63,469 bases of DNA, filler included, from Octopus bimaculoides (GCF_001194135.2; 7 parts of 6 records of this genome joined end to end with filler, not necessarily neighbours in it), one strand, 5' to 3'. Positions 1 through 13,921 are shown, numbered from the whole stretch's first letter. Numbers and translations: made by a program. The notes: a model not told the origin generated them from the letters alone.

Positions 1-1213
1 TATATACATACCCAGAGACACGCTCACACACACATACACACACACATAAACACACAGACACACACACACATATAGACATACACACATATATATATATACA
101 TACATATATAATCAATAAGGGAGGCAATGAAATGTTACTGCTTAGTTAAGGTCAATTTCATGACCGATTGAATATAATTTAATATAATTGATTTAAGATA
201 ATACACTTTACACGAGGGACTTGTTTATGGACTTCTAATTGCAATATGAATAATTGTTTGATATTAAATTAAGCATATTTGTTTTATTCCTGTAGCCAAC
301 TCCACAAATTTGCTCCTTGCGCTCTTCCATATTCGAATGAGTGAGAAATAAACGTTTTAGAAAATTCCACTTCGATTCTGTAAGGTAGTAATGTATTTTG
401 ACGTGTGGATTGTTATATATAGACAGACATCATTGTGTGAGGGTGTGAATGTCCATGTGTGTACTCGTGTATATATGTGTGTCTATGTGTGTGTGGTGAG
501 TGTACATCGTAAAGAAAAAGGAAACCGCAAATATTTCTGAAAATAGATCTCATAAAAAAAAATACATATAGTAATAGACCGCTCAATACATCAAAGAGAA
601 ATAGAAATCTAATAAAATATCCATGTCAATATATACACACTGATACACAGAGGCATATCAAACACTCACAAACACACAGTCACATACATGCACAGACACA
701 CACTCTCTCTCACACACACACATAAATATATATACACTTTACATTNNNNNNNNNNNNNNNNNNNNNNNNNNNNNNNNNNNNNNNNNNNNNNNNNNNNNNN
801 NNNNNNNNNNNNNNNNNNNNNNNNNNNNNNNNNNNNNNNNNNNNNNNNNNNNNNNNNNNNNNNNNNNNNNNNNNNNNNNNNNNNNNNNNNNNNNNNNNNN
901 NNNNNNNNNNNNNNNNNNNNNNNNNNNNNNNNNNNNNNNNNNNNNNNNNNNNNNNNNNNNNNNNNNNNNNNNNNNNNNNNNNNNNNNNNNNNNNNNNNNN
1001 NNNNNNNNNNNNNNNNNNNNNNNNNNNNNNNNNNNNNNNNNNNNNNNNNNNNNNNNNNNNNNNNNNNNNNNNNNNNNNNNNNNNNNNNNNNNNNNNNNNN
1101 NNTATATATGTATATATATATATACACATTGATATGTGTGTGTGTGTGTTTCTGTGTATGTGTATGCGTTTGTGTGTGTATAAGCGTATTGTGTTGTTGT
1201 TGTTGTTGTTGTT

Positions 1214-1251
<38 letters not shown>

Positions 1252-1254
1252 CAT

Positions 1255-1630
1255 TGCCTTTGCACAGCTTCTAACGCTGGAGATGTAATACGGTGTCCGC
1301 TGTTCACACTAGTGAACTAAGGTAACACCTCTTATTTTTGGAGCACCTTCCGGAGAATTCGAGCGGTTCCAAGCAGTGCTGTTTTCTGTAAGTGCACCAC
1401 ACTTATTGCAGCCCATATTTGTTCAACGTACATCTCGAGATTTTTACTCACTGTTCCCAGATCTCCGACAATTATTGGTACAATTACCAACTTCTTCAAC
1501 GACAACAACTGCTTAACCTCCCATGCTAACCTGTCATATCTATCGACTTTTCTTTTTTTCTTATCGTATACCTTGTTGTCAGCTGGGCATGTTATATCTA
1601 TGATACAGCATAGTTTGGTTTCTTTTTCAA
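1255..1630 (-). mobile_element. R4/Dong-like REL-endonuclease LINE, 3' fragment
   Basis: Minus-strand translation ...CIIDITCPADNKVYDKKKEK/DRYDRLAWEVKQLLSLKKLVIVPIIVGDLGTVSKNLEMYVEQIWAAISVVHLQKTALLGTARILRKVLQK* is the typical C-terminus of REL LINEs. It runs into a (TAA)n tract at 1215-1253. Confidence 0.85.
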
Positions 1631-1856
1631 AACTATATCTGCCTTTCTATTCTCAATCTCATGGTCGCACTGAATCATAAAATCCCACAGGATCATTGCA
1701 TTATCATTTTCGATAACGACTTCGAGTTTGTCGTCTTAACAGTTTTTTGCTCTGTCAAGTCCATACTTGTTGCAAAGTGTCCAATGGACAAGCCTTGCTA
1801 TATTGTCGTGGCGTCTCTTATATTCCTTCTGATCATCGTCATCATCATCATCATCC

Positions 1857-1898
<42 letters not shown>

Positions 1899-1924
1899 CC
1901 AGTATCATCATTATTATTATTATT

Positions 1925-2455
1925 TCCCGATTGATTTGAATCTTATTTCGTCTTCGGACCGAGTTTCACGTGTATATTTGATGGGGAGAGTATTCCTGAG
2001 AATGTAGATGGTTGATGTATACACAATATTTTGAGTCTCCTGGATTGTTTGGTTCCCATAGATCTTGTCACGATATTTGTCAGCTCTTTTCTTGATCATT
2101 CCCAGGGTACCAACAACCACAGGAAGGTTCTTTTTTTACTTTTTAACGTCCACCTGAAAGATATCTCAATCTCAAGTACCTTATATTTCGACAGTTTTTC
2201 AATTTCCTTTGCTGAGATCATTCTATCAGCAGACACTCCCATAACAACTAACAGGTATTTGATGATATAGGTATTTGATGATATCTGGTCTGTTAGTATT
2301 CATTTACCTGTCTGTGTATATCCCATAATCCCATTGGATAACATTCTCCCCCTCAGTGATAGATTCTGGATGGTGATCATACAAGTTCTTAGTGTGCGTG
2401 ATATAAAAGCGACGGCATATGCTCCAGTGCATGTATTGGCCAGCTCGATCATACA
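1925..2455 (-). mobile_element. R4/Dong-like LINE, 3' fragment (decayed)
   Basis: DRAGQYMHWSIC...LYDHHPESITEGENVIQWDYGIYTDR*MNTNRPDII...LPVVVGTLGMIKK...ILRNTL, with stops and frameshifts. Ends in (TAA)n/(TGA)n at 1835-1923. Confidence 0.8.
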
Positions 2456-5384
2456 CATATATATATACATACACACGCGCACACGCACACATACACACAC
2501 ACACACGCACACACACACACGCATACACACACACACACAAACACAACACATATATATATATGTTTTAAGGATGTATATGAGGAGACCGAACGTCATCATT
2601 TTCTATAATAAGTGCTTTCGATTCATTCAGATGTTTGGGACAGAGTCTAAAACTTATATGTATTACTTTATCACGAGTAACTGTTATACATGGAAACACG
2701 TTATGAAAAATACCTCATCAAATCACCGTCGATTACGCAACAAAGAAGAGAAAACTTATATCACAGGCGAAATATACCGATTACTAGTATTAAAATAACA
2801 ACCAATGTATTAGGGCTGTTCAAACGATATGTTTAATTACCGCTGCGGTAATATTACAGATTTACCATAACACAGTAGAAGAGTTTCAAAGTACATTTTG
2901 TAGCCGTTGTGTCTGTATTAATCGATAATGAAATACCTTGATATGAGATTTCAATGCTCCGTGGGATTCATTTACACACTTTAATTATGATATGTGAAAA
3001 CTAGTAGGCAATTAAACTATTTATGTAAGCGGACACATTGGTCAGTTCTAAAATATAAATAGCATAAACACACACATGCACACATACACATATGCACAAA
3101 CATATATACACAAACGTATGTATTTACATGCGTGAGTGCCTCTGTGTGTGTTTGACTGTGTGTGTGTGTATATGACAAATCTCATTAACCAATAGGTAGT
3201 CAACAGCCATATGCTGATATACTTTTACATTGACTGCAATTGATACGTTCCTTCTTCAAAAGGTTGCACAACATTCGAACTGTAATTTAGATGTCTAAAT
3301 ATACAGCAATGCTATATATAATTACTATATGAACAGCAGCTTTATGTTCATTATATTATACGTTTATGCAATAAAACTAGAGAAAAACAACACATACATA
3401 GATATATAGATACGTGCGTACAGACTTACATACAAACATACATACATACATACATACATACATACATAGAGCCTTGTGGAATACAGCTACAATGGGTTTC
3501 TTGTGAAAGATATCATATTTATTTCGCCATTTGTCAAACTGCGCTCGATCAATCGAGATTTGAATGAGCAAGCGAAATATGAAATAAAAGGAACAATTAA
3601 AGAGAAACAATTAACATCTCAGGAAATATATGGAGTGTTATACGAGTGTCAACAACATCAGAACCCAATACGGGAATAGTTTATGGTCACTCTGAATATT
3701 TATTCTTAATTCCTTCGGGGATGTATTTTGTAAAATGCAGACATGATGAAAAACTATTGTTCGACGCATGTATACAGCCCATTCAGGTTCTTAAGTATTT
3801 TAAAAGATACAGTCGCTCTTTCAAGCATTCGAAACATGTTTTTGACTCGCTAATATAAGCGCTGATCTTAGATAGTGTATATAAGCCAATATATCAACAG
3901 TGAATGAAATACGACAAATATATAACCATGCACGTGAGAAAGCTACAAAAGCACCTATAAACGTTTTTTTTTTTTTTTTTTTTTTACACAGAAAATATTG
4001 ACATATACATTCTTCATCTGATGCAATTAATTTTCAGCTCGCAATGTGTTTGAAGTACTACAGTTATAAACACTCCAGTGAACCTCCAAGCCCCAGTGAC
4101 CGGGAAATCGTATAATGCATTAGAGAAACATGCATTTATTACAAGATATGCGCCAATATGCTTTCGAATGCGTAAGTGCAAATATTTCGCTAGCCTCTAG
4201 GTGCCAGTGTCTTCACAGCTTTATTTTGTATATCCACGAGTTGTTCAATAATGCATAGTATTATACATACAATTCAGATTTGTAGACTGACTAAATAAGA
4301 AAGCTTTTTATATAATCGACTCCCTTGCTAAGAAGGAGGGCAAACTATCACTTGAATGGTGGTTAATCCTGTTGTCGTAGAGAATAATGTCCTAAGCAGT
4401 GTACAATACAGCTGCAAATAAAACGGGGTACTCATTGTTGGCAACAATTGGCTCATATATTTTACAAGTCAATCAGAGATTACAAGAAGAAAACAAACGA
4501 AATGCATTAAAGGCATTGCGTAATAAATTGCATTTCTTATTCGATGACGGTTCTGATGAAGGTATAAAGTGAAACTGAAGCACTTAATGATGAGTCCTAT
4601 AAAAACTTGTAGCAGAAACAGCTGTAAGCTAGCGAAGCTCATAAGATAATTGCTTATTTAGTTGTCATTTNNNNNNNNNNNNNNNNNNNNNNNNNNNNNN
4701 NNNNNNNNNNNNNNNNNNNNNNNNNNNNNNNNNNNNNNNNNNNNNNNNNNNNNNNNNNNNNNNNNNNNNNNNNNNNNNNNNNNNNNNNNNNNNNNNNNNN
4801 NNNNNNNNNNNNNNNNNNNNNNNNNNNNNNNNNNNNNNNNNNNNNNNNNNNNNNNNNNNNNNNNNNNNNNNNNNNNNNNNNNNNNNNNNNNNNNNNNNNN
4901 NNNNNNNNNNNNNNNNNNNNNNNNNNNNNNNNNNNNNNNNNNNNNNNNNNNNNNNNNNNNNNNNNNNNNNNNNNNNNNNNNNNNNNNNNNNNNNNNNNNN
5001 NNNNNNNNNNNNNNNNNNNNNNNNNNNNNNNNNNNNNNNNNNNNNNNNNNNNNNNNNNNNNNNNNNNNNNNNNNNNNNNNNNNNNNNNNNNNNNNNNNNN
5101 NNNNNNNNNNNNNNNNNNNNNNNNNNNNNNNNNNNNNNNNNNNNNNNNNNNNNNNNNNNNNNNNNNNNNNNNNNNNNNNNNNNNNNNNNNNNNNNNNNNN
5201 NNNNNNNNNNNNNNNNNNNNNNNNNNNNNNNNNNNNNNNNNNNNNNNNNNNNNNNNNNNNNNNNNNNNNNNNNNNNNNNNNNNNNNNNNNNNNNNNNNNN
5301 NNNNNNNNNNNNNNNNNNNNNNNNNNNNNNNNNNNNNNNNNNNNNNNNATATGCATATATATATATATATATGTATGTGTGTTT

Positions 5385-5590
5385 GTATGTCTGTGTTTGT
5401 CCCCCCACCATCGCTTGACAACCGATGCTGGTGTGTTTACGTCCCGTAACTTAGCGGTTCGGCAAAAAGAGACCAATAGAATAAGTACTAGGCTTACTAA
5501 GAAAAAGTCATGGGGTCGATTTTCTCGACTAAAGGCGGTGCACCAGCATGGCCGCAGTCAAATGACTGAGTCAAGTAAAAGAGTAAAGAG
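5385..5590 (+). mobile_element. tRNA-derived SINE family A, 3' half
   Basis: gtttgtccccccaccatcgcttgacaaccgatgctggtgtgtttacgtcc...ccagcatggccgcagtcaaatgactga matches other copies in the window. The 5' half is in the N gap. Confidence 0.85.
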
Positions 5591-6563
5591 AATATATATA
5601 TATATATATCCTAATTTTAAATGTTTTACCCTCCATTAAAAAGTGTAAATTATAATTTAAAAAATTTGATCGCAGCAGCACAGTCAAAGATGCAAGATAT
5701 GGAGTAGAGATGCCTACGTTTTATCCTTGTTTATAGCAATGAATCTCATTTTAATATCGACATACGTTGAAAAGCCAGTATATAATGCTTTATAAAATAC
5801 TTTATTCTAAAATTGTAATAATTATGTTAATTCATTGAGCAAACAATAAAAAAAAATGTCTTTTCCCGGTCCTAAGTTCCCAGAATTTGCATTAATTCAT
5901 AATTGACACAAAATTACATGTTTATTTGAAGATTCATGTTTATATAAATATTTGAATACTTAGTCTTTTGCTTAACCTTAATACTCCGTTTTCATTTAGT
6001 CACTTATTTATTCATTCAATTATTCATATGCATGACTAATACCCAAATGAACACAAACCTTTGTTCTGAAAATTATGGATGTGCTTGTGACAATGTACAT
6101 GCTTGTGCGCCTGTATGTATATCTGCGTGTGTATCTGTCCGTGTGTATGTTTGTGTGAGTGTATGCGAGGCGTGATAGTGTGTGAAAAGTAAGCGACTGT
6201 GTGTCTGCGTTTGTATAAGACTCTTTCAATGAAATATTCGAATGTGATAGGGAGGAGAGGCAAAACTGAGCTTCGTGAAAATACGCATTAAGAAATTGAA
6301 GATATGTAAGTTGGCTGTGTGAGTGACATGTCTGGAGAATTCCAGATGCGGTGGGGAAGGATAATGGTTTTCATATGTGAGGAAAGTTGTGCAATTCTAC
6401 AACAGTCGCTGAAAATGCAAATTACAAAAAAAACAAAAAAAAACAAGAATGACTTGAGACGAGGAGACTAGAAAAGAATGTGAGATGGATTTTTTTGTTG
6501 TATTGAGGGGCAGATCCATATTGCATATTGCAGAAACATATGCCTGTAGGAAGGTACATTTAT

Positions 6564-6613
<50 letters not shown>

Positions 6614-8034
6614 NNNNNNNNNNNNNNNNNNNNNNNNNNNNNNNNNNNNNNNNNNNNNNNNNNNNNNNNNNNNNNNNNNNNNNNNNNNNNNNNNNNNNNN
6701 NNNNNNNNNNNNNNNNNNNNNNNNNNNNNNNNNNNNNNNNNNNNNNNNNNNNNNNNNNNNNNNNNNNNNNNNNNNNNNNNNNNNNNNNNNNNNNNNNNNN
6801 NNNNNNNNNNNNNNNNNNNNNNNNNNNNNNNNNNNNNNNNNNNNNNNNNNNNNNNNNNNNNNNNNNNNNNNNNNNNNNNNNNNNNNNNNNNNNNNNNNNN
6901 NNNNNNNNNNNNNNNNNNNNNNNNNNNNNNNNNNNNNNNNNNNNNNNNNNNNNNNNNNNNNNNNNNNNNNNNNNNNNNNNNNNNNNNNNNNNNNNNNNNN
7001 NNNNNNNNNNNNNNNNNNNNNNNNNNNNNNNNNNNNNNNNNNNNNNNNNNNNNNNNNNNNNNNNNNNNNNNNNNNNNNNNNNNNNNNNNNNNNNNNNNNN
7101 NNNNNNNNNNNNNNNNNNNNNNNNNNNNNNNNNNNNNNNNNNNNNNNNNNNNNNNNNNNNNNNNNNNNNNNNNNNNNNNNNNNNNNNNNNNNNNNNNNNN
7201 NNNNNNNNNNNNNNNNNNNNNNNNNNNNNNNNNNNNNNNNNNNNNNNNNNNNNNNNNNNNNNNNNNNNNNNNNNNNNNNNNNNNNNNNNNNNNNNNNNNN
7301 NNNNNNNNNATATATATATATATATATACGCACATAAACTTATACGCTTAAGGCAGTAAATAAAGAACAAATAGTGCCTGTTTAAGGAGGTGTTTATATA
7401 TGGTATGTATATTCTTGTATATAATAATACCTGTGATTATTTCAATTGTATTTCACCATTATTTTCTAGCAAGTTTAGAAATGCATAATATAAACACCAC
7501 ATGGTCTTCCAATTTTCTCATTTAGGTAGCTAATTCAGAATATTCGCTTAGAATAAGCAAAAACAAAAAATAATAGTTATCCAATGCATATTTTAGAGAA
7601 ACAATATTTTATTAAAATCCCTTGTGTTCAGATATATCAATCAATTAGAAATGAATTACATAACACGGTTTATTATTATCCCTGTATGGATTCTGAAATC
7701 TTGTCGTTTTATATGGGCAATGCCTATATAGAATTATCCATATATTTGATTGAATGAGAGTTAACATTCTACTAAACACCGCTGGATATATAATTGTTAT
7801 CGTGCAATATTCCTTTGCGTATATCATTACACCAAATACAACCCCGCTGTATTTGATCTCAATGATATATTTAGATTAAAAAATGTGACGTTGGCGCACA
7901 TTCACTGAAATTAATGGCTGATATATGAGGAGCGGTGTGTGTTTTTCAACACAATGACATTGCATCATACGCATCGAATATTACATAACTGTGTGTTCAT
8001 CCGATTCTCAAAATTGTTGTACAAACATACGCAT

Positions 8035-8460
8035 CGGTAACGGTGTAGTAAGCAGTATACATCCCAACCGTAGTGTTCAGAGTTCACTCCCTCAGCATGA
8101 CAACTCGGATAAGTGTCATCTACTATAACTTTGGGTTCATCAAATCCTTGTGTTGTAGATAGAAACTGAAAGGAGTTCGTCGACTATAAGTGTATGTGTG
8201 TCTCCTTATAATTGTGCGTATGTTTTTATAGTTGTGCGTGTGTTTCTTTATACTTGTGTGTACGTCTCCTAATATTTCTGTGAGTCTTTGTGTCTGTGTT
8301 CGTTACTCACCATGTCGGTGCATGGACGTCCCTGTAATTTAGTACGTCGGCAAAACAGACGGATAGAATAAGTAACAGACTTCACAAAAATTCTTCGAGT
8401 CGGTTCGTTCGGCAAAAATTATTTGCAGTCTAATAACTGAAACTAGGAAATGACAAAACA
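8035..8460 (+). mobile_element. SINE family A, diverged copy
   Basis: Recognisable ...agtgtcatctactataactttggg...gaaactgaaagg and ggcaaaacagacggatagaataagta segments. Confidence 0.6.
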
Positions 8461-8574
8461 TTTGCCAGTTCACGTATTATATTATAAATTTAGCACTCAC
8501 AAACACATCCAGGCATGGAGACACAAATGCTAACGCATGCAAACACACACATACACACAAACACATGCACACAA

Positions 8575-8606
<32 letters not shown>

Positions 8607-8714
8607 ACACACACACTCACACACACACATACACTCACACACTCACACACACATAGAGAGAGACAAGGCTGAATTTCATGCATGAAAATATACGAATGCA
8701 CATGCATATATTTA

Positions 8715-8766
8715 CATGTGAATAAATGTTTGATCATGCATGCATGATCAAACATTTATTCACATG
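8715..8766. repeat. Perfect 52-bp palindrome
   Basis: catgtgaataaatgtttgatcatgca|tgcatgatcaaacatttattcacatg, no spacer, no mismatch. Confidence 0.95.
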
Positions 8767-8849
8767 CGCTTCACAATCTCACAGACACGCACATATACAC
8801 AGGCAAGCCCTCTCTCATAAATACGTTCTTCATATGCTTCCGTGTTCCT

Positions 8850-9064
8850 TTGTTTGTTTCAGTCATTTGACAGCGGTCATGCTGGAGCACCACCTTGATT
8901 CAAATAAATTGAAACCAGGACTTGCACTTTCTAAGCCTAGTGCTTATTCGTTCGGTCTCTTTTGCCGTACCGCTAGGATACAGGGACGTAAACGCAGCAA
9001 CATCGGTTGTGAAGCAATGATGGTGAGGTCAAACACAAACAAAAAAGCACAGGCACAGAGACAT

Positions 9065-9095
<31 letters not shown>

Positions 9096-9290
9096 CACAT
9101 GTACACACACACACACACACACACATATGTAGATAAGACGGGCTTCCTTCAGTTTCCGTCTACCAAGTCCACTCACAAGACTTTAATCGGCCCGTGGCTA
9201 TAGTAGAAGACGCTCGCCCAAGGTGCCACGCAGACTGAACCCGGAATCATGTAGCTGGTAAGCAAGCTACTTACCACACAGCCACTCTTA
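8850..9290 (-). mobile_element. SINE family A, full-length
   Basis: Reverse complement of the family consensus seen elsewhere in the window (gtggctgtgtggtaagtagcttgc...gttccgggttcagtc...ccttgggcga...), with an internal (CA)n. Confidence 0.85.
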
Positions 9291-9460
9291 TTTCTTACAT
9301 TCCATCTTTCTCCCTCTCTCTCCCTCTCTCTCGTTTCTGTCGCTCTTTCTAATTCTGCATGTCTGTCTATTTCTCTCTCTGTATCTTTCTCATTCTCTCC
9401 CTCTCTTTTCGGCTTAGTCTGTCTCACTCTCTCCGTCTCTCTCTCTCTCTCTCTCTCTCG

Positions 9461-9493
<33 letters not shown>

Positions 9494-10079
9494 CCTCTAG
9501 CTCTCTCTCTCTCTCTCTTTCTCTCTCCGTACGTGGGACTGTGTCTTTGTATGTGTGTATGTAGAATCTACATGGCTGCTATATAAGGGCTGCGTAAATT
9601 ATTTTAAGGGAACACCGTTAAGGGAAGACACACTCTCTCCCTATCTCTCTCTCTCTCTCTCTCTCTCACTCTGTAAGCACATATATACACACACACACAT
9701 ATACATCGGCTGTTGTTCTGTTCACGTAGACACACCAGCACACATACGTAGATGCATGTGAGTAAGTATATGCGTACGCCAGTGCGTGCATGAATAACAT
9801 TCCTGGATTATACGAGCTTCGATTAGTTTACAATGGATATCTATCTCGCCTAATCATATAATAATTACATATAATTAATGTGATTTAATTGACCGGAATA
9901 TAATAAAGATACAGTTTTTGTTTGCGAAGAGAAGCGGATGTAATATTGTTAATATTCTTATTCAACATATGAGATAAAATTAAATACAACCGTTGTCGAA
10001 ATTTTGTCATCGTACTATTACAGCTGCTGCTAATATTTCAACAGCTACAGATTTTACTACAATCATAATGATGTTTTTA

Positions 10080-10250
10080 AATTTTGGCTGAAGGCCAGCG
10101 ATTTCAGGGAGGCAGCGATTTCAGGGAGGCAGCGATTTCAGGGAGGCAGCGATACGTCGTTTACATCGACCCCAATCATGGATGAAAGTAAATGTGAGCG
10201 GGCGAAAATCCTCTAAAGATTTTAACCGGCGCTAAAGAATTTGCTAATTT
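10080..10250 (-). mobile_element. SINE family B, partial, with internal 17-bp triplication
   Basis: aaggccagcgatttcagggagg...gtcgtttacatcgacccc...ggatgaaag matches the reverse of family B. Unit cagcgatttcagggagg occurs 3.4 times at 10096-10153. Confidence 0.65.
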
Positions 10251-10409
10251 GCTGTCCTAAAGCTCGTTGAAAACCATGAAAGACCTAAGACGTTTATGAA
10301 GGAGCGCAAAAAATGTTCAAGTGAATTTATGCATAATACCCAGGTTGCACAGCATGATGGAAGTGCAGCAACTGTAGTTGCAAATGTTGAAATCAATAAC
10401 AAAGTAAAT

Positions 10410-11040
10410 TGGCTGATAAGTGGGAACAAAACTTCCATATGGCAAGTATGTGGCCCGTAGCAAAGAAGCTGCTGTAGACCAGAAGCACACCCATCAGTGG
10501 CTACGAAAATCAGGGCTAAATGCAGAGAGTGAAGTCTTTATCTTGGGTGCCCAAAATCAGAGCTTATTGACCAGGAACTATCAAGCCAATGTGATGAAAA
10601 ATGGTGTAGACCGAAAGTGCCGATACTGCAACGATGGGATTAAAACAGCCAACCACCTAATCTCTGATGTAAGGTTTTAGCACCTGTAGAGTACAAATCA
10701 AGACATGACAGAGTTGGCCAATATCTACATTGGATAATTTATCGGCATTATAAAATCAAAATTAATGACAAATGCTACAAGCACTACCCTAAGACTGTAA
10801 ACGAGGGAGAAAGTGTAAGTATTCTTTGGGACTTTCCAGTATGTACAAATGGTACTATCAAGGTAAATAAACCAGACATTGTTGTGAAAGACAATGGGCA
10901 ATAAAGTCTGTTTATTGATTGACATAAGCATACTCTGTGACCATAATATCTCGGCAAACGAATTTGATAACCTCTGTCCTAAGTGTACGGAAAACACTCG
11001 GCGAGAAATGGAAGAAACTTTGAAGAAAGATGAAAATAAT
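10410..11040 (+). mobile_element. R4/Dong-like LINE, 3' fragment (zinc knuckle plus REL endonuclease)
   Basis: THQWLRKSGLNAESEVFILGAQNQSLLTRNYQANVMKNGVDRKCRYC...HLISD; YKSRHDRVGQYLHW; ILWDFPVCTNGTIKVNKPDIVVKD...LLIDIS. Followed by (AAT)n at 11036-11062. Confidence 0.85.
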
Positions 11041-12689
11041 AATAATAATAATAATAATAATTTTTGAGAGGCACAAGGCCTAATAATAATACCAACAGCA
11101 GCAACAGTTTTTGTGCAGCTATATCGTTAACAACTATTATTACGAATGCAGTTTCAGTTGCTAATACTTGAAAATATTTTTTATAGCAATATCAAGAAAA
11201 ATAGCAGAGGCAGCCTAAATCTACTAATATTGTTATTTCTTCTAGTTGTTGCTACCATCATTCCGATAGTCGCTCTAGACGACCACGCCTGCTCGATTTG
11301 TAATTATTACCATTGTCTCTCATGGTTTTGGTTTTTATTAAAGCTATCGATTCTATTGTTACTGGTATAGTTGTTTTTATTAAAAGTTTTCCTGTCGATG
11401 ACTTTCTTACTTTAGTCGAATTGATAATTAGAAATGGTTGCTACTCTAGATTTTGTTTATATTGCTGTTGATGATGTTATTGTAACTAGTATTATTTCTA
11501 TTGTGAGACCAATTTTGTCGTGTCCGCTCTGATTTAATTAAACGGAAATTGAGCGCGTTCTGTTGATGCCATTACTTAATCTGGCCAGCTCAAACATGTA
11601 TCTTCTAATTACCCTAAATCAACTGACAGCTGCCAGCTAAATCATATTACCAAGTTTACGATATGAAAACTAATTAACCAACGAAACTGGTGGTGGTGAT
11701 TCGGAATGTATTTGTGGTTTATTCCTTATTAATACGAAACTCAGAATGGATATCACAGCAAAAACAAAAGAAAAGAGAACAAATATAAACATATCATCCA
11801 TCACGATATAAATTTAATTAATTACTACTAATATTTTAATTGTTGGTTTTATTTTTAACATTTTTATTGTTATGAGATTTTCTTCTCTCAGTTTTGTTTC
11901 CATTTCTTGCCGAGTGGCTTCCAGACACGTAGGACAAAGGAACTCAAAGAATATATACATAGGTCATTAAAATAAACACACTGTATTATTTATTTGCTTT
12001 ATCAAATTAAATTATTTCGTAAGAATATCTACAATACCCTGTGAGTATTTAAAATCCACTTCAAAATAAGTTAAGAAATTTACAAATTTACAAATTTACA
12101 TATCTACAATTTTCAAACACACAAACTTTAATATCCTCAACTGCTTTTGATACTCATCCTTCCCTCTCTCCCTGAGTATTCGTAAAAGTAAACATCCTTT
12201 TTTATTATTATTCTGAAAACATTATAGTTTTCTCTGTGTGGACATACAAAAACCATCTTTGGTGAATCTTAAAACTTTCTGTCAAAATTTGACTCTTCTT
12301 GTCGTTTCTTACCTTTCTCCCAGAGTATTCAAAGATGTAAGCATCTCTCTAACTGGACATACGAACGAACATCTCTAGAAAAGGCAACTTTAATTTCTAA
12401 AATATTACATTTATTTTCTCCATGACTACCAGAGATATACAAACATACCTTTCATTGCAATAACAGAAATGCACGTGGAAAAGAAATAATGAGAATAATA
12501 ATAAATACTCTCTGGTCGAACATAACTTCTCTATTCACAAATAATACAGAACAGAGTAAGTCGGCCCTTCCTTAATTTTTCTTAAGGTCAAGGTCATTGT
12601 TGCTTTTGTTCGCTGCTACTAGTAGAAGACATTTGAACTCTTTTTGACAAGTCGGATCACATCCCACTCCAAAAAAATATATTACATAA

Positions 12690-12940
12690 GCCGCACTTAC
12701 TACTACTACTACTACTGCTGCTGCTGCCACTCCTGCTACTATAAATACTACTACTACTGCTGTTACCACCGTTGCTGCTGCCACTACCACTATTGCTACC
12801 ACTACTGCTGTTGCTGCTGCCACTATCGGTACTACTGGTACTGTTGCTGTTGCTGCTGCTGCCACTGCCACTGCTGTTACCACTGCTGTTACCACTGCTG
12901 CTGCTGCTGCTAAAACTACTGCTACTGCTGCTGCTAATGA
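12690..12940. repeat. Degenerate (CTA/CTG/CCA)n trinucleotide array
   Basis: Visible low-complexity triplet tract. Confidence 0.9.
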
Positions 12941-12954
12941 TGATAAATACGGCC

Positions 12955-13250
12955 CCTGTATAATTGACATGAGACTTCTTTGCGATCACAATTTAGCGGT
13001 GAAAGAATTTGACAAGATCAGTAAATATAAAGACTTGCTAAGAGAAATTTTTAAAAAAGGTGGCCCCTCAAGGCGACTACCGTACCAGTGATTGTAGGAT
13101 CTCTAGGAATGATAAAAAAAAAAAGGGACTGAAACCTATTTGAAAATGATACCAGGCTTACCATCCCTACAGGAAATGCAAAAAATCGTGTTAACTGGAA
13201 CGAACCATGTATTGAGAAGAGCATTATCGCTGTGATAACAACATCCATTC
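12955..13250 (+). mobile_element. R4/Dong-like LINE, 3' fragment
   Basis: IDMRLLCDHNLAVKEFDKISKYKDL...TVPVIVGSLGMIKK...IPGLPSLQEMQKIVLTGTNHVLRRALSL*. Confidence 0.85.
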
Positions 13251-13398
13251 AAGAATTTATTTATTTATTATTATTTTTTTTAAATACATATTTTACCTGT
13301 GGATTTGTGTGTGTAAACTGCAAATGCATACAATGAGCTTCTCTTCCCTAGGTGTATGGACAATTTGAAGAAAGAAGAAAAGACAACAACAACATCAT

Positions 13399-13472
<74 letters not shown>

Positions 13473-13847
13473 TAAAAATAATGATAATACTAATAATAAA
13501 TATATTTGATTATGATTATTGAGATATAACCAATGTTAGCTTTCGGTATGAGCGGGATAATGATAAAAGCAAACCTGAAAAAGGTTAGAAATTTCACTTG
13601 AAATGTTATAGTACATCTAACAAGATAATATATATACATACATATGTATATATATATATATATANNNNNNNNNNNNNNNNNNNNNNNNNNNNNNNNNNNN
13701 NNNNNNNNTTAATTAATTAANNNNNNNNNNNNNNNNNNNNNNNNNNNNNNNNNNNNNNNNNNNNAACTTCTAACTTGTTGTCCCTTGAGGTCTCTGGGTG
13801 AGACTTGGATCCAACTTGTACAAATGCAAAGCAAAAGTCAAACATAA

Positions 13848-13920
<73 letters not shown>

Positions 13921-13921
<1 letters not shown>

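Noticed and set aside
295-384. Exon-like segment after a strong acceptor (ttttattcctgtag)
   Set aside because: Stops in all three frames and a weak donor; no support
1661-2007. Poly-His/poly-Ile ORFs
   Set aside because: Translation of a (CAT)n microsatellite; same for 43939-44322
3476-3858. Two short complex-looking ORFs (67 and 70 aa)
   Set aside because: No recognisable motif or convincing splice sites; length within chance expectation
666-7370. Long ORFs spanning N runs (also at 31157-31990, 33599-34174, 54004-55147, 57759-58543, 61641-62019)
   Set aside because: Open only because N codons are not stops; the flanks are microsatellite translations
12572-12989. Ala/Val-, Ser- and Cys/Tyr-rich ORFs resembling antifreeze or structural proteins
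   Set aside because: Several frames are open simply because of a (CTG/CTA)n array; no splice context or complex sequence
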